From: Camelus ferus
Lineage: Eukaryota
Direction of reading: 5' to 3'
NCBI RefSeq assembly: GCF_009834535.1
Contig: NC_045696.1
Span: 7,938,001 to 8,002,000, forward strand
DNA length: 64,000 nucleotides
The notes under the pieces are model-generated. The model did not search any database and had not been told where the DNA came from. It saw nothing but the letters and a program-made list of their open reading frames with translations. Shown here in pieces: positions 25,569 through 37,250 of the stretch (its first letter is position 1; every line of letters starts with the position of its first letter). The translations under genes and the position numbers were made by a program.

Positions 25569-26360
25569 GACTCCTGCGGGCGCCTGAGCGAGCGAGGCAG
25601 CCGCCGGCGGGGCCATGGCCAGCACAGCCGTGCAGCTCCTGGGCTTCGTGCTCAGCTTCCTGGGCCTGGTGGGCACGCTCATCACCACCATCCTGCCGCA
25701 CTGGCGCCGGACGGCGCACGTGGGCACCAACATCCTGACGGCCGTGTCCTACCTGAAGGGGCTGTGGATGGAGTGCGTGTGGCACAGCACGGGCATCTAC
25801 CAGTGCCAGATCTACCGCTCGCTGCTGGCGCTGCCGCGGGACCTGCAGGCGGCCCGCGCGCTCATGGTCATCTCCTGCCTGCTGTCGGGCGTGGCCTGCG
25901 CCTGCGCCGTGGTCGGCATGAAGTGCACGCGCTGCGCCAAGGGCACCCCGGCCAAGTCCACGTTCGCCGTGCTGGGCGGCGCGCTCTTCCTCCTGGCCGG
26001 CCTGCTCTGCATGGTGGCCGTCTCCTGGACCACCCACGACGTGGTGCAGAACTTCTACAACCCGCTGCTGCCCAGCGGCATGAAGTTCGAGATCGGGCAG
26101 GCCCTGTACCTCGGCTTCATCTCCTCGTCCCTGTCGCTCATCGGCGGCACGCTGCTCTGCCTCGCCTGCCAGGACGAGGCGCCCTCCGGGCCCTACCAGC
26201 CCTGGGCCGGCCCGGCCACCGCGCCCGCCTACCGGCCCCCCGACGCCTACAAGGACAATCGGGCCCCCTCGGCCATCTCGGCCTCGCACAGCGGGTACAG
26301 GCTGAACGACTATGTGTGAGTTCTGAGGGCCTGCCCCTCCCCGAGCCCGGAGAGAAGCCG
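25540..26360. other. CpG-island-like segment over the coding exon
   Basis: Very high GC and dense CG dinucleotides relative to the flanks (judged by eye). Confidence 0.8.
25615..26319 (+). CDS. CLDN14: Claudin-14, tight-junction tetraspan protein (234 aa, intronless CDS)
   Basis: [11 protein letters not shown]-terminus, claudin signature W30..GLW..C54..C64, four hydrophobic segments, ECL2 FYNPLLP..KFEIG, C-terminal [13 protein letters not shown]-binding tail, Kozak GCCATGG, strong G/C third-position bias. Confidence 0.99.
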   Translation: MASTAVQLLGFVLSFLGLVGTLITTILPHWRRTAHVGTNILTAVSYLKGLWMECVWHSTGIYQCQIYRSLLALPRDLQAARALMVISCLLSGVACACAVVGMKCTRCAKGTPAKSTFAVLGGALFLLAGLLCMVAVSWTTHDVVQNFYNPLLPSGMKFEIGQALYLGFISSSLSLIGGTLLCLACQDEAPSGPYQPWAGPATAPAYRPPDAYKDNRAPSAISASHSGYRLNDYV

Positions 26361-26512
26361 GGACCCAGTCTGCTGAGTGCTTCAAGGTCCTGGCACAGAG
26401 TTTATTTCTGGACTGTTTCTGTGTCCAAAGGAATAATGTGAACATGAGGAAATTGGCTTAGAACACGGGGAAGGAGGCGAGATGAGAAGAGAAGAGAAGA
26501 AAAGCTCTCTAT

Positions 26513-26520
26513 ACCAAAGA
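26513..26520 (+). promoter_or_regulatory. miR-9-5p 8mer seed match in the CLDN14 3' UTR
   Basis: ACCAAAGA is the complement of miR-9 nt 2-8 (CUUUGGU) plus A1. Confidence 0.8.
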
Positions 26521-26548
26521 CTTAAAAAAAAAATCCTGTTTTTGTATT

Positions 26549-26555
26549 TATTATA
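26549..26555 (+). promoter_or_regulatory. miR-374 7mer-m8 seed match in the CLDN14 3' UTR
   Basis: TATTATA is the complement of miR-374 nt 2-8 (UAUAAUA), in an AU-rich context. Confidence 0.7.
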
Positions 26556-26639
26556 TGTATTTATGTGGGTGATTTCATGACAGCTGAAAAAAAAAAAACA
26601 ACTTGCAGCTGGGTCAATGGGATTTGTTTGCAAGTCAGA

Positions 26640-26645
26640 AATAAA
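26640..26645 (+). terminator. Polyadenylation signal of CLDN14
   Basis: AATAAA ~320 nt after the stop, followed by GT-rich elements (GATGTGGTTGTCT, TGTTTGTTTCTGTGT). Confidence 0.85.
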
Positions 26646-28189
26646 CCTTTTGGATGTGGTTGTCTATGAAATGGACAATGTTTGTTTCTGTGTCCAGACC
26701 ATTATTCTGTCTGCTAAGGTGCTGGTGATCATAGCCAGTGCACTTGGGGCCTGGGCTGATATTCACCTCAAAGATGCCTGAGCAACCTCCCCCAAAACTG
26801 TTGCCCTATCCTGGCTTAAACTCAGAGGCAGGGCAGGAAGTACAGGGCTTCCTAAAAAAAAAACCAAAAAAACCCCAGGTAATTACTATAAACCACAAAA
26901 GAAGGACAATGTCATTTTCTAATGCAGTAGGCCCCCACTCATAAGGCAGCAAAAGTCAGAAGGAAAAAAAGGCAAAGTAAACGCGCCTGGTCAGTTGGCT
27001 TTCCAGGCATTGGCATGAGGCCCAGTTAGGAGGGCTGCTTGCTGCCAAGGACAGGATGTCACTGGTTTCTTTTCTGGGGATGGAAGTACAGTGGTACCAG
27101 AGGCTAATGACTGCTCTTTTAGCTGGAAAGAACCGCCAAGACGGCCAGATGAGGTCTGACTGCTTTAGGAATACTGGTGATGGTTTCTGGTTGTGATCTA
27201 ATCACACACACACACACTGGCTGATTCCCTGGCACCCCAGGATGCCTCTGTCCCAATGCAGAAGGAAATACCCTGCTCTGTGGAAGGGCTGAGTCTTACA
27301 TGAAGCCCCTCCATCTCAAGGGGTCTTGGAGTAGAGCCACCAGGGCTCCAGCCGTCACTATCTCCTGCAGGAAAGAGAGCCACAGCAGGTCAGCGTGGAC
27401 ATGGAGCCAGGTGGCCAGGCATGCTGGTGTGGCCCGGTAAGACCCTGGCCCTAAGACCAGGAAGGTGGAAGGGGAGGCTTCCAGACAAGGGTCAGGAGGC
27501 CAGGAAGGATGCAGCCCACGCTTCTGGATCCAGCAAGGCAGGAGTCTGGCTGATGCTCTCCTGACTTCATGCTTCCTCCTGAAAGGGTCTTCTGGTCCCT
27601 CAGACCAGGCCACTGAGATGGTGATGAGAAACCCAGCCACCACATGCTTGCCCTGCAGGCAGAGGCTCTCACCAGTAATGTGCGTACACCCAGTGAGTCT
27701 CTTCTGATGCCTTTAAGCCTTACCAGTTACACCTGATAATCTGCATCATTGATGAGATCTAGCAACAGGAAAACCTTCTAGCAACATCAGAAAGTAGGGC
27801 TTTAAGGAACAGTCCTCCATATACATATCTCTTTTCTATTTTTTGCCAATGTCTAGGCTCCAGGCAACAGGGCCATCTCTGTTTGGAAGGAGGTAGGGCT
27901 GCACATTTTAGCCTCCTGACCCCAGAGAAGATAGGGGGGCTGGGATGTGCCATCCTATTTAGGTCAGGGATTTAGATCAGAAAGGCCATCATTTATTTGT
28001 GATGAAACAAGCAGTTTTAAACTACTCTTTAAATTGCAAAAATAAATCTAAATCAGTAAAAAAGAAAAACAGAATCTTTGAAAACAGAATGATACTCTGT
28101 CAGCCCTTACTTGATGGTCACAATCTAGAATGTGTTTAGAGAAATTATTCTAGTTAATGGTGTGATTATAGATTTTAAAATGAAACCGC

Positions 28190-28610
28190 TTTTTTTAAAT
28201 TGAAGTATGGTTGATTTACAATATTGTGTTAGTTTCAGGTATACAGCAAAGTGATTCAGTTATATATGTTTTCAGATTATTTTCCATTACAGGTTATTAC
28301 AACATATTGAATACAGTTCCCTGGGCTATACAGTAAATCCTCACTGCTTATCTATTTTATGTATATTAGTTTGCATCTATTAATTCCAGATTCCTAATTT
28401 GTCCTTTCCCCCTTCCCTCTCCCCTTTGGTCACCATTAGTTTCTGTATCTGTGAGTCTGTTTCTGTTTTGTAAATAAGTTCATTTGTGTCTTTCTTTAGA
28501 TTCCACATATAAGTGATACCATATAATATTTGTCTTTGTATGACTTACTTCACTTAGCATGCTAATCTCTAGGCCCATCCATGTTGCAGCAAATGGCAAT
28601 ATTTCATTCT
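28190..28610 (-). mobile_element. L1 3'-end fragment (cetartiodactyl-type)
   Basis: T-tail then AATTGAAGTATGGTTGATTTACAAT, AGTGATTCAGTTATA, TAGATTCCACATATAAGTGAT, CATGTTGCAGCAAATGGC. Confidence 0.88.
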
Positions 28611-28719
28611 AAAATAGTTTTTTTTCAAACTCTTTCTCTGAATTCTGTCACTACTAAAATAAAATATGTCCCTTTCTCTCTCCTTACTCAGGTAAGACTA
28701 ATGTAACAGTGATTACAAT

Positions 28720-28910
28720 TCATTAAGCCCTTACTAGGTGCCAAGCTTACCTTTTATTTACTAATTTGGTCCGATGGGATACTTGAGAACCCAATGAGAT
28801 AAATGCTATTTTAACCACAGTTGATAAAGGAAGAAATCAAAGCACACAGAGATTAAGTTATTTGCCCAGGGTCACAGGGCTAGTGAGTAAAAGACCCAGG
28901 ATTTGAACCA
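28720..28910 (-). mobile_element. MIR SINE fossil
   Basis: AGAGATTAAGTTATTTGCCCAGGGTCACAG..AGGATTTGAACC. Confidence 0.75.
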
Positions 28911-31089
28911 GACGGGTAAGCAGGGGGCAAATACATCAATTCAAGTGGAAGCGTGCCCTATAGCCTAACTGCTTTCATGTCCAGACTATATCCATATATT
29001 TAAGTGAATTATCTCATGTCCATATTTGGTTCTTTCTAGAACCATCACTCCACAGAGCTTCTGTTAATGGGGCTCTGGCTGGATTAGCTGAAATGTGATA
29101 TCAAATCCATGAGTCCAAGCTTGAAACCCCATAGCTGGTGGAAGTGACTAACGGATGCCTCCTTCCCAGACAGGAAGTAGGTCCAAATAAGACCAGGACC
29201 CCCTCCCTGAAGGAAGGGGGTGTAAGAGCGCCTCTCCAGGTTTCCTCTTGCTCTTCTGCTCCCGTTCACTCCTAAGACAAGACGTCAGGTCCTGGGAACC
29301 TCTCTTTTGTCACGTTGCAACCACCAGAGCCCTCACACAGATGCCTGTCTCTGCCCACATCTTTGGGACCAGGCAGTCGTGACCAAGGTTGTTTTGACTA
29401 AAGTACGGACTCCTTCTGAGGTACAACATATAATCCCAAACTTCACAATTAAGAAGGAAACATGAGTCAAACTCTGATGTTTTCCAGGAAACTGTAGTTA
29501 CGAATGGAAATTATAATATGACCCTCCTGGGATAAGGCATGCTGCAGTTCTTTGCGTCTTTAAATCAAATCAAGTTTGGCTCTGATCCAGAGAAGTCTAA
29601 AGCCAGCCACGTTTCCTTGTTCCCTCCCCTGGATGTATGACGGCTCAGGACCCCAGCACTAATGGTGGCCCTGGACGTGGGGGAGGGGCGAGGCCCAGCC
29701 TTTAGACTTTGGGGTCCCTGGCTCACCTGCTGACTTCCAGGTGCCGACGCCTTCATGGCCCAGGGCCTCCAATGCTGCTCCCAGGCCACAGCCCATCCAT
29801 CCTCACAGTCACCCGTGTCATGTCCCTGCCCCTCCCTGGCCCTGTGTGTGAGTAGGCACTGGAATCTTCTACCCTGAGGAACCCTGGAGAAAGATACTGT
29901 TTGTCCCAGGCCCCGTCTCTGGGAAGCCACTTCCTGAAATGGATCCACTGCGCTTCCTATACTCATAAAGCCCCTGAAAGTCCATCCTCTCAGATAACAC
30001 ACCCTAATTGCCTCCATGGGTTTAGCGTTCTGGAATCAAAGGCCTCTGAAACTCCCCAGAGAATCCTACTTTCATGTCGGCCCCTGTTGTCCTAAATGGA
30101 AAGAGTCTGAAAACTACAGCACATTCATAATTAATGCACAATTTGTGTGACAAATATTAATAAACCAAAGATGGAACCTGGCCCCCCAACCCCATGCTTG
30201 GCCATGTGCCACCCGGCTTCTCCCCACCTTAGATGCGCTGTGCTTTCTCGCTGCCAGGGAGCAGGGACAGCATGAATGGTGACATTCCAGGCGTGAGATG
30301 GGGGTCTGCACAAGGGGAGAAGAGAATGTGTCTGAAGGTAGAGTTGATCAAATTTCTTAATGGCTTGGGTGCAGGATGTGAAGACAAGAAGCTTAAAGGA
30401 CAAGGCCAAGATTTGGGACTTGATCAACTGGAAGCATAGGGTTACCATTTTCTGCAAGAAGGAGACTCTGGAAAGAAAGGGTTCTGATGAGGCAGATTAG
30501 ATTTATCTTCCATGCCTTTGGTCCGAGCTGCCTCGAGTGGAGACACCGAATGAGCACTTAGAAGTGTGAAGCTGAAGTTCAGGGACAGACCCATGTGGGC
30601 GCTCTCAGCCCGGATGCTACTGGGGCTATGCAGCCAGAAAGGATCACACTGGACGTGAACACAGATGAGGCATCGAAGAGGCCAAGGGCTGATCTGAGGA
30701 TGTTTCACGTGCAGAGGCTGGGAGGACGAGGGGGACGCAGCGAGGCAGCCAGAAGGGCAAGGAGGGGGATATTCTGGAAGCTGTGGAGGAGGGCGCGCTC
30801 CACAGTGTTAAATCACATCTTTCTATTGTCACAGTAACACAGGACATAGGCACTGTGATCAGCTGATTTCACTGGTAAGGAAACTGGGCTTGGAAAAGAA
30901 AGGAACTTGCCGAGGACTGCTCCATCCATGGTGGGGAACAAGCCGCCTGGTCATGGAAACCCACACACTGGGATTGGAAAATTCTCATTTCCAGTTCATA
31001 AGGTTGCAATAACCTGTCAGAAGAGTATGCACATTCCTGCTCTTTCTGCATAAAAAGTAAGACCACTCATCTCCAGATAATAGAACAGG

Positions 31090-31580
31090 GTCTTCTCGCT
31101 GGAGTTTAGACTGTGTGCTCAGAGTGGTGAGGGATTATGGCCTTACCTCAGATGAATACTTTTAAATATAAACCAAAAAAAGTAAATATGTAAGATTTCA
31201 AGAGGAATCCATTTTATTGAAATATGTTATCAAACTCTTTTAAAACTATGGCATAGTATTCTTTGTGCTCCTTTATTAAAGCACAAAGTGACATTATCCA
31301 GCGGGGGAGGCAATTTCAAAGCAGTAATGAGCAGCAATGATATCTTCAGAAATTGGCAACAATTGTAATTCGATGTGAAAATATTTGTGATTTCCAAAGT
31401 CACAAGGGCTGAACTACAAAAAACAACAACAAAAAAATTAGCAACATGCTCAAGTCACTTGAAGATACTAGAAGCCCCTTGAACGTGAGAAGACATTCGT
31501 GCAACCACAAGTTCCAATTTCCTTCTGCACATAAGTGTTAGTTCACTAAGAATAATCCCTAATTGCTCCCTGGGGACGCG
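31090..31580. mobile_element. Probable hAT-Charlie-type DNA transposon fossil
   Basis: AT-rich segment with CAACAATTGTAATTCGATGTGAAAATATTTGTGATTTC..AAAGTCACA resembling a recalled MER20B/Charlie consensus; family uncertain. Confidence 0.4.
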
Positions 31581-32115
31581 GAGGTGTTTCATGTGTGCAT
31601 CGGGGGTGGGGGCAGCAGGGTGAGCACCATTCCTGAAGAGGGCAGAAGCCTGGGTCCTCCATGAATTCTCAGAGCATCCTTTCCCCTCTTTGTCCAGTGA
31701 ACACAATGATAAACCTGGAAGTTTTGTCGTTGGCACAGGAAGAGCCAGCTCAATGCCCTGAGGGGCTGAATTGCAATGCTCCCATCAAAAAACAAATCCA
31801 GTGGAGTAAATCTGAAGATCGAATCGGCTTTATTAGCTAATTCATGAATCAGGCAGCATCCCCCGAACAACTCCAAGGGCGCTCTGAGGGTTTGTACACA
31901 ATGGGGGGTTTTATAGGAAGCAGGCTGCGGCAAGGGAGCTACTGGCAACAGAAAAACGTTCTTTTCACAGCAGGACATGTTTTTTTTGTCGGGGGAGGAA
32001 ATGGCAAGTGTTTTATCATGCAGATCGCCTCTCCTTCCTCAGCCCATGAGACAGATGACTTCTTTGGTGCTGATTAGAAAATGCCAAACTGGCTGATTAC
32101 GATCACATTTGTCAA

Positions 32116-32322
32116 ACAACAAGGTCCTACTGTGTAGCATAGGGAACTATATTCAATATCTTGTAATAACCTACGGTGACAAAGGATCTGAAAAAGACTC
32201 TGAATCACTTTGCTGTTCACCTGTAACTAATACAACATTATAAATCAACTGTACTTCAATAAAAGTAAGTAAATAAATTAAAAAGAAATATATGCATAGG
32301 TATAAACCAAAAAAAAAAAAAA
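32116..32322 (+). mobile_element. 5'-truncated L1 3' end with poly(A) and 15-bp TSD
   Basis: CAACAAGGTCCTACTGTGTAGCATAGGGAACTATATTCAATATCTTGTAATAACC...TCAATAAAA, A-tail. TSD GATCACATTTGTCAA (32101-32115) / GATTACGTTTGTCAA (32323-32337). Confidence 0.9.
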
Positions 32323-32331
32323 GATTACGTT

Positions 32332-32792
32332 TGTCAACTGAAAAAAAAAATGCACAGCCTCAAATTTGAGAGTTATGTTTTATTCGGGAAACTTGCTGAG
32401 GAGGATAGGGCAGGAAGGCAGCCTCTCAGACTACCCTGAGGAACTGCTCCAAAGAGGTGAGGGAGAAGCGAGGATATATAAGGGGTTTTGTTAGGAAGAA
32501 AAAAAGCAAAAAACAAGTAGTAGGACATCAAAATATTACTGCTAATCACCAAAAACAGACACCTCAAGTTAAGGGTTTTAGTGCTTTTCTGTGTTTGGGA
32601 AGATTCAAGAGTCTAGGCTCATTGAAATTACTCCTTCGATAAGCAGCTTAACTATCCAGTGCCCGTATCCCATTTTCTCCATCCTGAAATCCCCTCAGGG
32701 CACATCACCGGGGGCAGCTGCAGTGGCCGATGGCTTGATGGCGGGCAACCTCCGTTGTCTACCCGAATGGCAGGCAACATTCTTTGTCTACA
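32332..32792 (-). mobile_element. MER41-like (cetartiodactyl) ERV1 solo LTR
   Basis: TG...CA termini. Minus strand starts TGTAGACAAAGAATGTTGCCTGCCAT..GCCATCAAGCCATC and carries TATA and AATAAA elements. 4-bp TSD CATT/CATC. Confidence 0.8.
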
Positions 32793-35394
32793 CATCTCTG
32801 AGGAAGATGGAAACTGCATGCAGTTAGGTAGGTGTTAAATCGAGGTTTGGTATTATGGGCTTTTAGCCCAAGTGATGCCATTTTAGGCCTGTGGTTTTCT
32901 TTTTAACCCCCTGAAGGCGGTGTTCCTATCAGTGATAGAACAGCGAGCTCCTCCCTGTAGCTGAAGAAGCACTGGGCACCAGATACCCGAGTGGTGGGTT
33001 TCCGGCCAGGGACCACTGGCTGTGGTGTGCTCCGTCCGCACACAGGAGGAATAGGGGAGCACCTTGCTAAACCAAGTCAGACCCAGAGCAAAGGCAAAGG
33101 TATCGCACATTTCTTCTGCAGGAAACATCAGTTTCAGACAAATGAAATTGGAATTGGCAATGCCCTGAGGCTTAACAGTCACAGTAGGGAGTAAGCAGAG
33201 GAAGTTGGGGAGGTGGGTGGAGAACAAGTGAGTGAAACAGATTTAACTAAGGCTTCAAAGATTTTTAAAAAGCCACCCCACTTCGCAGGTAGTATCCTCA
33301 CCCTTTCTCACCCAAGAGGCACAGGTGCTTGTGTGTGTGTATGTGTGCGTAAGAGACAGAGAGAGATTGAAATCTGAGGTCCTGTATATTTGAAACCATT
33401 TCTTGAATCAAAAAGCACAAAGCCGATTGCTGGGCAAATATCCAAAGGAAAACACAGAAATTTCATTGTAGTAAATTATTTTAAAATAACACCAACTGGC
33501 TTTTGCAGGTGTGTGTGGCAGGGGAAAAGCATTAGCAAACAGCCTATTTCCTGCTTGAGAAAGGCCAGTGGAGGTCGCCCCATAAACCTGGGAGGGCCCA
33601 GCCCTGAGGGGGCAAATCACCTGCACCCTCTTCACACCTCCTGTTCTACCAGTGTTGCCTCAGGAAAGCCCAGCACAACAGACACCTTAATTCCTTTCTC
33701 CGGAGGGGATTTCTGTTGAAAAGCTCACCACCCTCCCATCCCTGCTGGGTAAATGATTGACAGGCTTGAGCTTTCCATCCTACTAGGGCAGCCTACCAGC
33801 TCCGGCTGGGACCATCAGCTGCCTCCAACTCTGGGGAGGTCTGGGGTTTTTTTTTAGTCATCCCAGGCATTTTTCCAAAATAAAGTATTTGCATAGGTTT
33901 CCCATCCAGCATAATAAATAGCAAGAAGGCAAGATTGAACAGCCAGGAAAACACAGGAGAGTTTTGGTCTAGTGGCTTCAACAGGTGCCTGGCAAAGCTG
34001 GTGCCTGCCTTGGGTAGGAGCTTGCTGTGACCTTGCTAAACACAGGCTGGAGGCAGCAGGGGCCCAGGACAGTGAAGAGGTTGTGGGAAGGGGGAGAACC
34101 AGTGCTGCACTTGGGGGTCCTTGAGCCAGGACCCGATTCCCAGCCCTCTCCCCAGACAACCCTCTCAGCAGGAGGGGTAGCCTCCTTTCCCATTCATAGA
34201 TCCATAGGTATTTCCGCTATGAAATTCCTCTTCCATATTTGTAGGGATTACGAATTGCTCCACAATGTCCTGGCGTAAGAATATCTCCTGCCTTTGTTTT
34301 TCCAAAATAAAATCTGGTTCTGATTAAAATCACAATGAGATACCACTACATGCCATTAGAATGCCTAAAATTTAAAGGATTGACAAAATCAAGTGTTCAC
34401 AAGGAGGTGAAGCAACTGCAAATTACATTCTTGGGAGGCGGAATGTAAATTGATACCAACACCTTGGTAATTGGGAGGGGGCACTTGGGGAGCTTCTGGG
34501 TGCTGGTAAAGTCCCCTCTCTTGACCTGGGAGGTAGTTGCACAGCTGTATTCATTCTGTGATCTTTTATCCAGATGGATACTTACAATTGGGATATTTGG
34601 TTACTGGTTTTATTTTCTTTCCAACTCATTCTATGCTTGTTTCTTTTCCCTGCTAGATTGTGAACCTTCCTGTTCTTGTCATTTTTTCATTCCCATGGCC
34701 TTGTACATCATAGTTTCTCAACAAGTGATTTGTGATTGAATGCATGGCATTGTGTTTCACAAAAGAATGCCACCATTTAGATATGCAACTCCTCATATAT
34801 TTTACCCATGACTTTGTTTTAAAAATCCATTTCCACAGAACTTCCCAGGACCCCCATTGTGTAGAAAACGAGGCCTCCTGGCACTGTGGGCCACTCCACT
34901 CTTGGAAACTCCACTACAGGGCAAGGGACTTAAACTGAAAGGGAGGAGAGAATGCAGGATGATGCATTTCAGACAGTACCTGAGAGCCGTCCCTTCTCCC
35001 AAGTGGAGGCTGAACCTTGTTTCACCGGTAGAGTCAGTAGACTCTGCAGTAGACAGCAGAGACACAGTCCCCTACCGTGCCAAATGTGACCAGGATCATG
35101 GTTAAACCAGAGTCTTCAAGGAGAAGCGCTGAAGTACGATTCTGGTGCTCTAAAACATCTGCGCATCTGGCCTTTGTGCACAAAATTCTTTTCGTGAAGG
35201 CAAAGCCTTTCCGTTTATATTTAAGGAAAAGTCTTTAAGCTTCCCCCTCTTATCATCTCCAAATCTTCAGCCTCACTTGTGCCTCTTCCCATCTTCTACT
35301 TCCTTTCTGCTCCTCTCTCTCTCAAAAGCCTTCTTCACACAAATTGGGGTCCCCATCCCTCCAGACTGCCTCCTTGACTATTTCTCTCTGTCCT

Positions 35395-35889
35395 GGGTTG
35401 TTCAATTATTTAATATCCTTCCTGATTTTCTACTTGTTCTACCAAGCATTGAGATAGGAGTATTAAAATCTCTGACTATAAATTGAGGATCTGTCTGTTT
35501 TTCCTTGCAGTTCTGTAAGTTTCTACTTCCTGTATTTTGAAGTTCTGTTATTACATGCAAAAACTAAGAATTGTGTCCTCTTGTTGTAAACCTAACCATG
35601 TCAATAATCACATTAAACGTAAAAGGTCTAAATATCTCAATTAAAAAAACCTGAGATTGTCAAACTAAATAAGAAAGCAAGAGCCAGATATATGATTCTT
35701 ACTCAGAAATACAGTTTAAAGAGAAAGATAAAATAAGTTAAAAGTAAAAGGATGGGAAAATATACAATGCTAACATTAATTTAAAAAAAAAGATGGAGTG
35801 ACCATATTAAAACCAGACAAAGCAGATTTTAGAGCAGAGAATATTAACAGGGATTAAAAAAAGTTCATTTCATAGCGATGTAGGGGTCA
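35395..35889 (-). mobile_element. L1 ORF2 endonuclease fragment with 5' inversion
   Basis: 35395-35586 is minus-strand EN sequence. 35587-35889 is the immediately upstream EN start (TCAATAATCACATTAAACGTAAAAGGTCTAAA, SIITLNV-GL) on the plus strand. Confidence 0.75.
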
Positions 35890-36049
35890 TAACAATTCTG
35901 GGAGTCTAGATACTATTCACTCTTCCAATTCTTTCTCATAGGACAGTGGAAGTAATCTTTTAAAATCAGGAGCTACCAAAAAAAAAAAAATTAGTAGCTA
36001 CCAATTCAAGGCAGAAGACTAAGTTCATGTGTTTAAATGTCTAACTCTC

Positions 36050-37250
36050 CCTAGATCCAATTAAAAATAATAATAAATAATAAAATAACAAAATATAACA
36101 ATAAAGAGAATGGGAGAAGAGCCATCAGGTTTTTTTTTTTAATTCTTGAAGATGGAAAGCTGATATGAAAAATATGATTTTTTTATCAGAATGGCAGGAG
36201 ACACAGATGAGACTACAAGTGGAGAGTCTGTAATTAAGAGGACAGACCTTAACCAGGGCAGACCCTAGGCATATTCAAAGTAAAGGCTGACAAAGAGCAG
36301 AAAAGGAGGAAGAGGAGAGTGGAGCTGAAAATGCTAACTTCCAGGGAAGTACTTGTTTATTGCCTCCCCCATTCCCACCACACACATACAGAAGTTTCTC
36401 CTAAAGCAAATGAACAAACTGGCGAGAGACTCACTACCCGGGAAGAGGCAGATAGTGTAGGTGTTGGCACCTCACCAATGAAGCCATCCGCTTAGGGTTT
36501 TTGGGAAGTGCTTGGGGTAAAACCAGCTTCCTGCTCCCTCTGGCTAAAGGGAAGTCTTCCTTTCGACAAGCCCTGCTTATATAAATAGCACTCCCTTCCA
36601 GCTTCTGTAGAGCTTCATGCTTCAACGAAGCTCCAGACAGTTGAGGAACACCTGCAGCATGAGAAAGGAAAGATAAACAAAGAGAAAAAACTGACACAAG
36701 AAGAAACAGATACTTCAGGGAAGAGAAGAGGTTTTAAAATCTCTATGCTTTGTTAACAGAGAAATTCAAGATCTTATTTCATCCGTAACAACAGAATACC
36801 ATGAAAAAATAAGAAAATGGAAAAGGCTCTTAAGTTGAATTTTTAAAAATAGTATTCATTTTTACTATTAAAAATGAAATAGGATTGGAACATAAAGTAG
36901 AGAAAATGTTCCAGAGCATAACAAATATTAAAATACAAGTAAAAGAACAGGAAAACATCATAGGAAACATATGAAAGACATAAAGCATCACTGTGGGAGA
37001 TTAAACACCTGACAAATAGGAGTTCCTGAAAGCAATAAAGAAAATAGATCAGCGGAAATTACCTAAAACAAGTCAAGGGAGACATGAATTTCCAAATTTG
37101 AAAAGGCTTAATAGACTCAATGGACAAAAATTTACACTAATAAATAAGATACATCCCCATGAACTTTCAGAAAATCAAAGTGAAAGAAGAAAAGATCTTT
37201 TAAAAAAAACAAACCCAGAGAGAAAAAAATCCAGATAATTCAGAAAAAAT
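36050..37250 (+). mobile_element. Old L1 5'/ORF1-like fossil
   Basis: A-rich plus strand with AAAGTAGAGAAAATGTTCCAGA and AATAGGAGTTCCTGAAAG, as in decayed L1M ORF1. Confidence 0.55.

Larger units (their letters stand above)
31785..32908 (-). mobile_element. ERV1-class solo LTR, split by two later insertions
   Basis: Left part 31785-32109 has minus-strand AATAAA (GGCTTTATT) and TATA (TTTTATAGG). Right part 32793-32908 ends GATGCCATTTTAGGCCTGTGGTTTTCTTTTTAAC. Confidence 0.65.

Noticed and set aside
25525..26445. 306-aa antisense ORF and 225-aa alternative-frame ORF over CLDN14
   Set aside because: Expected shadows of the extreme G/C third-position bias, which removes stops in other frames; low-complexity Gly/Ala/Arg content with no recognisable domain.
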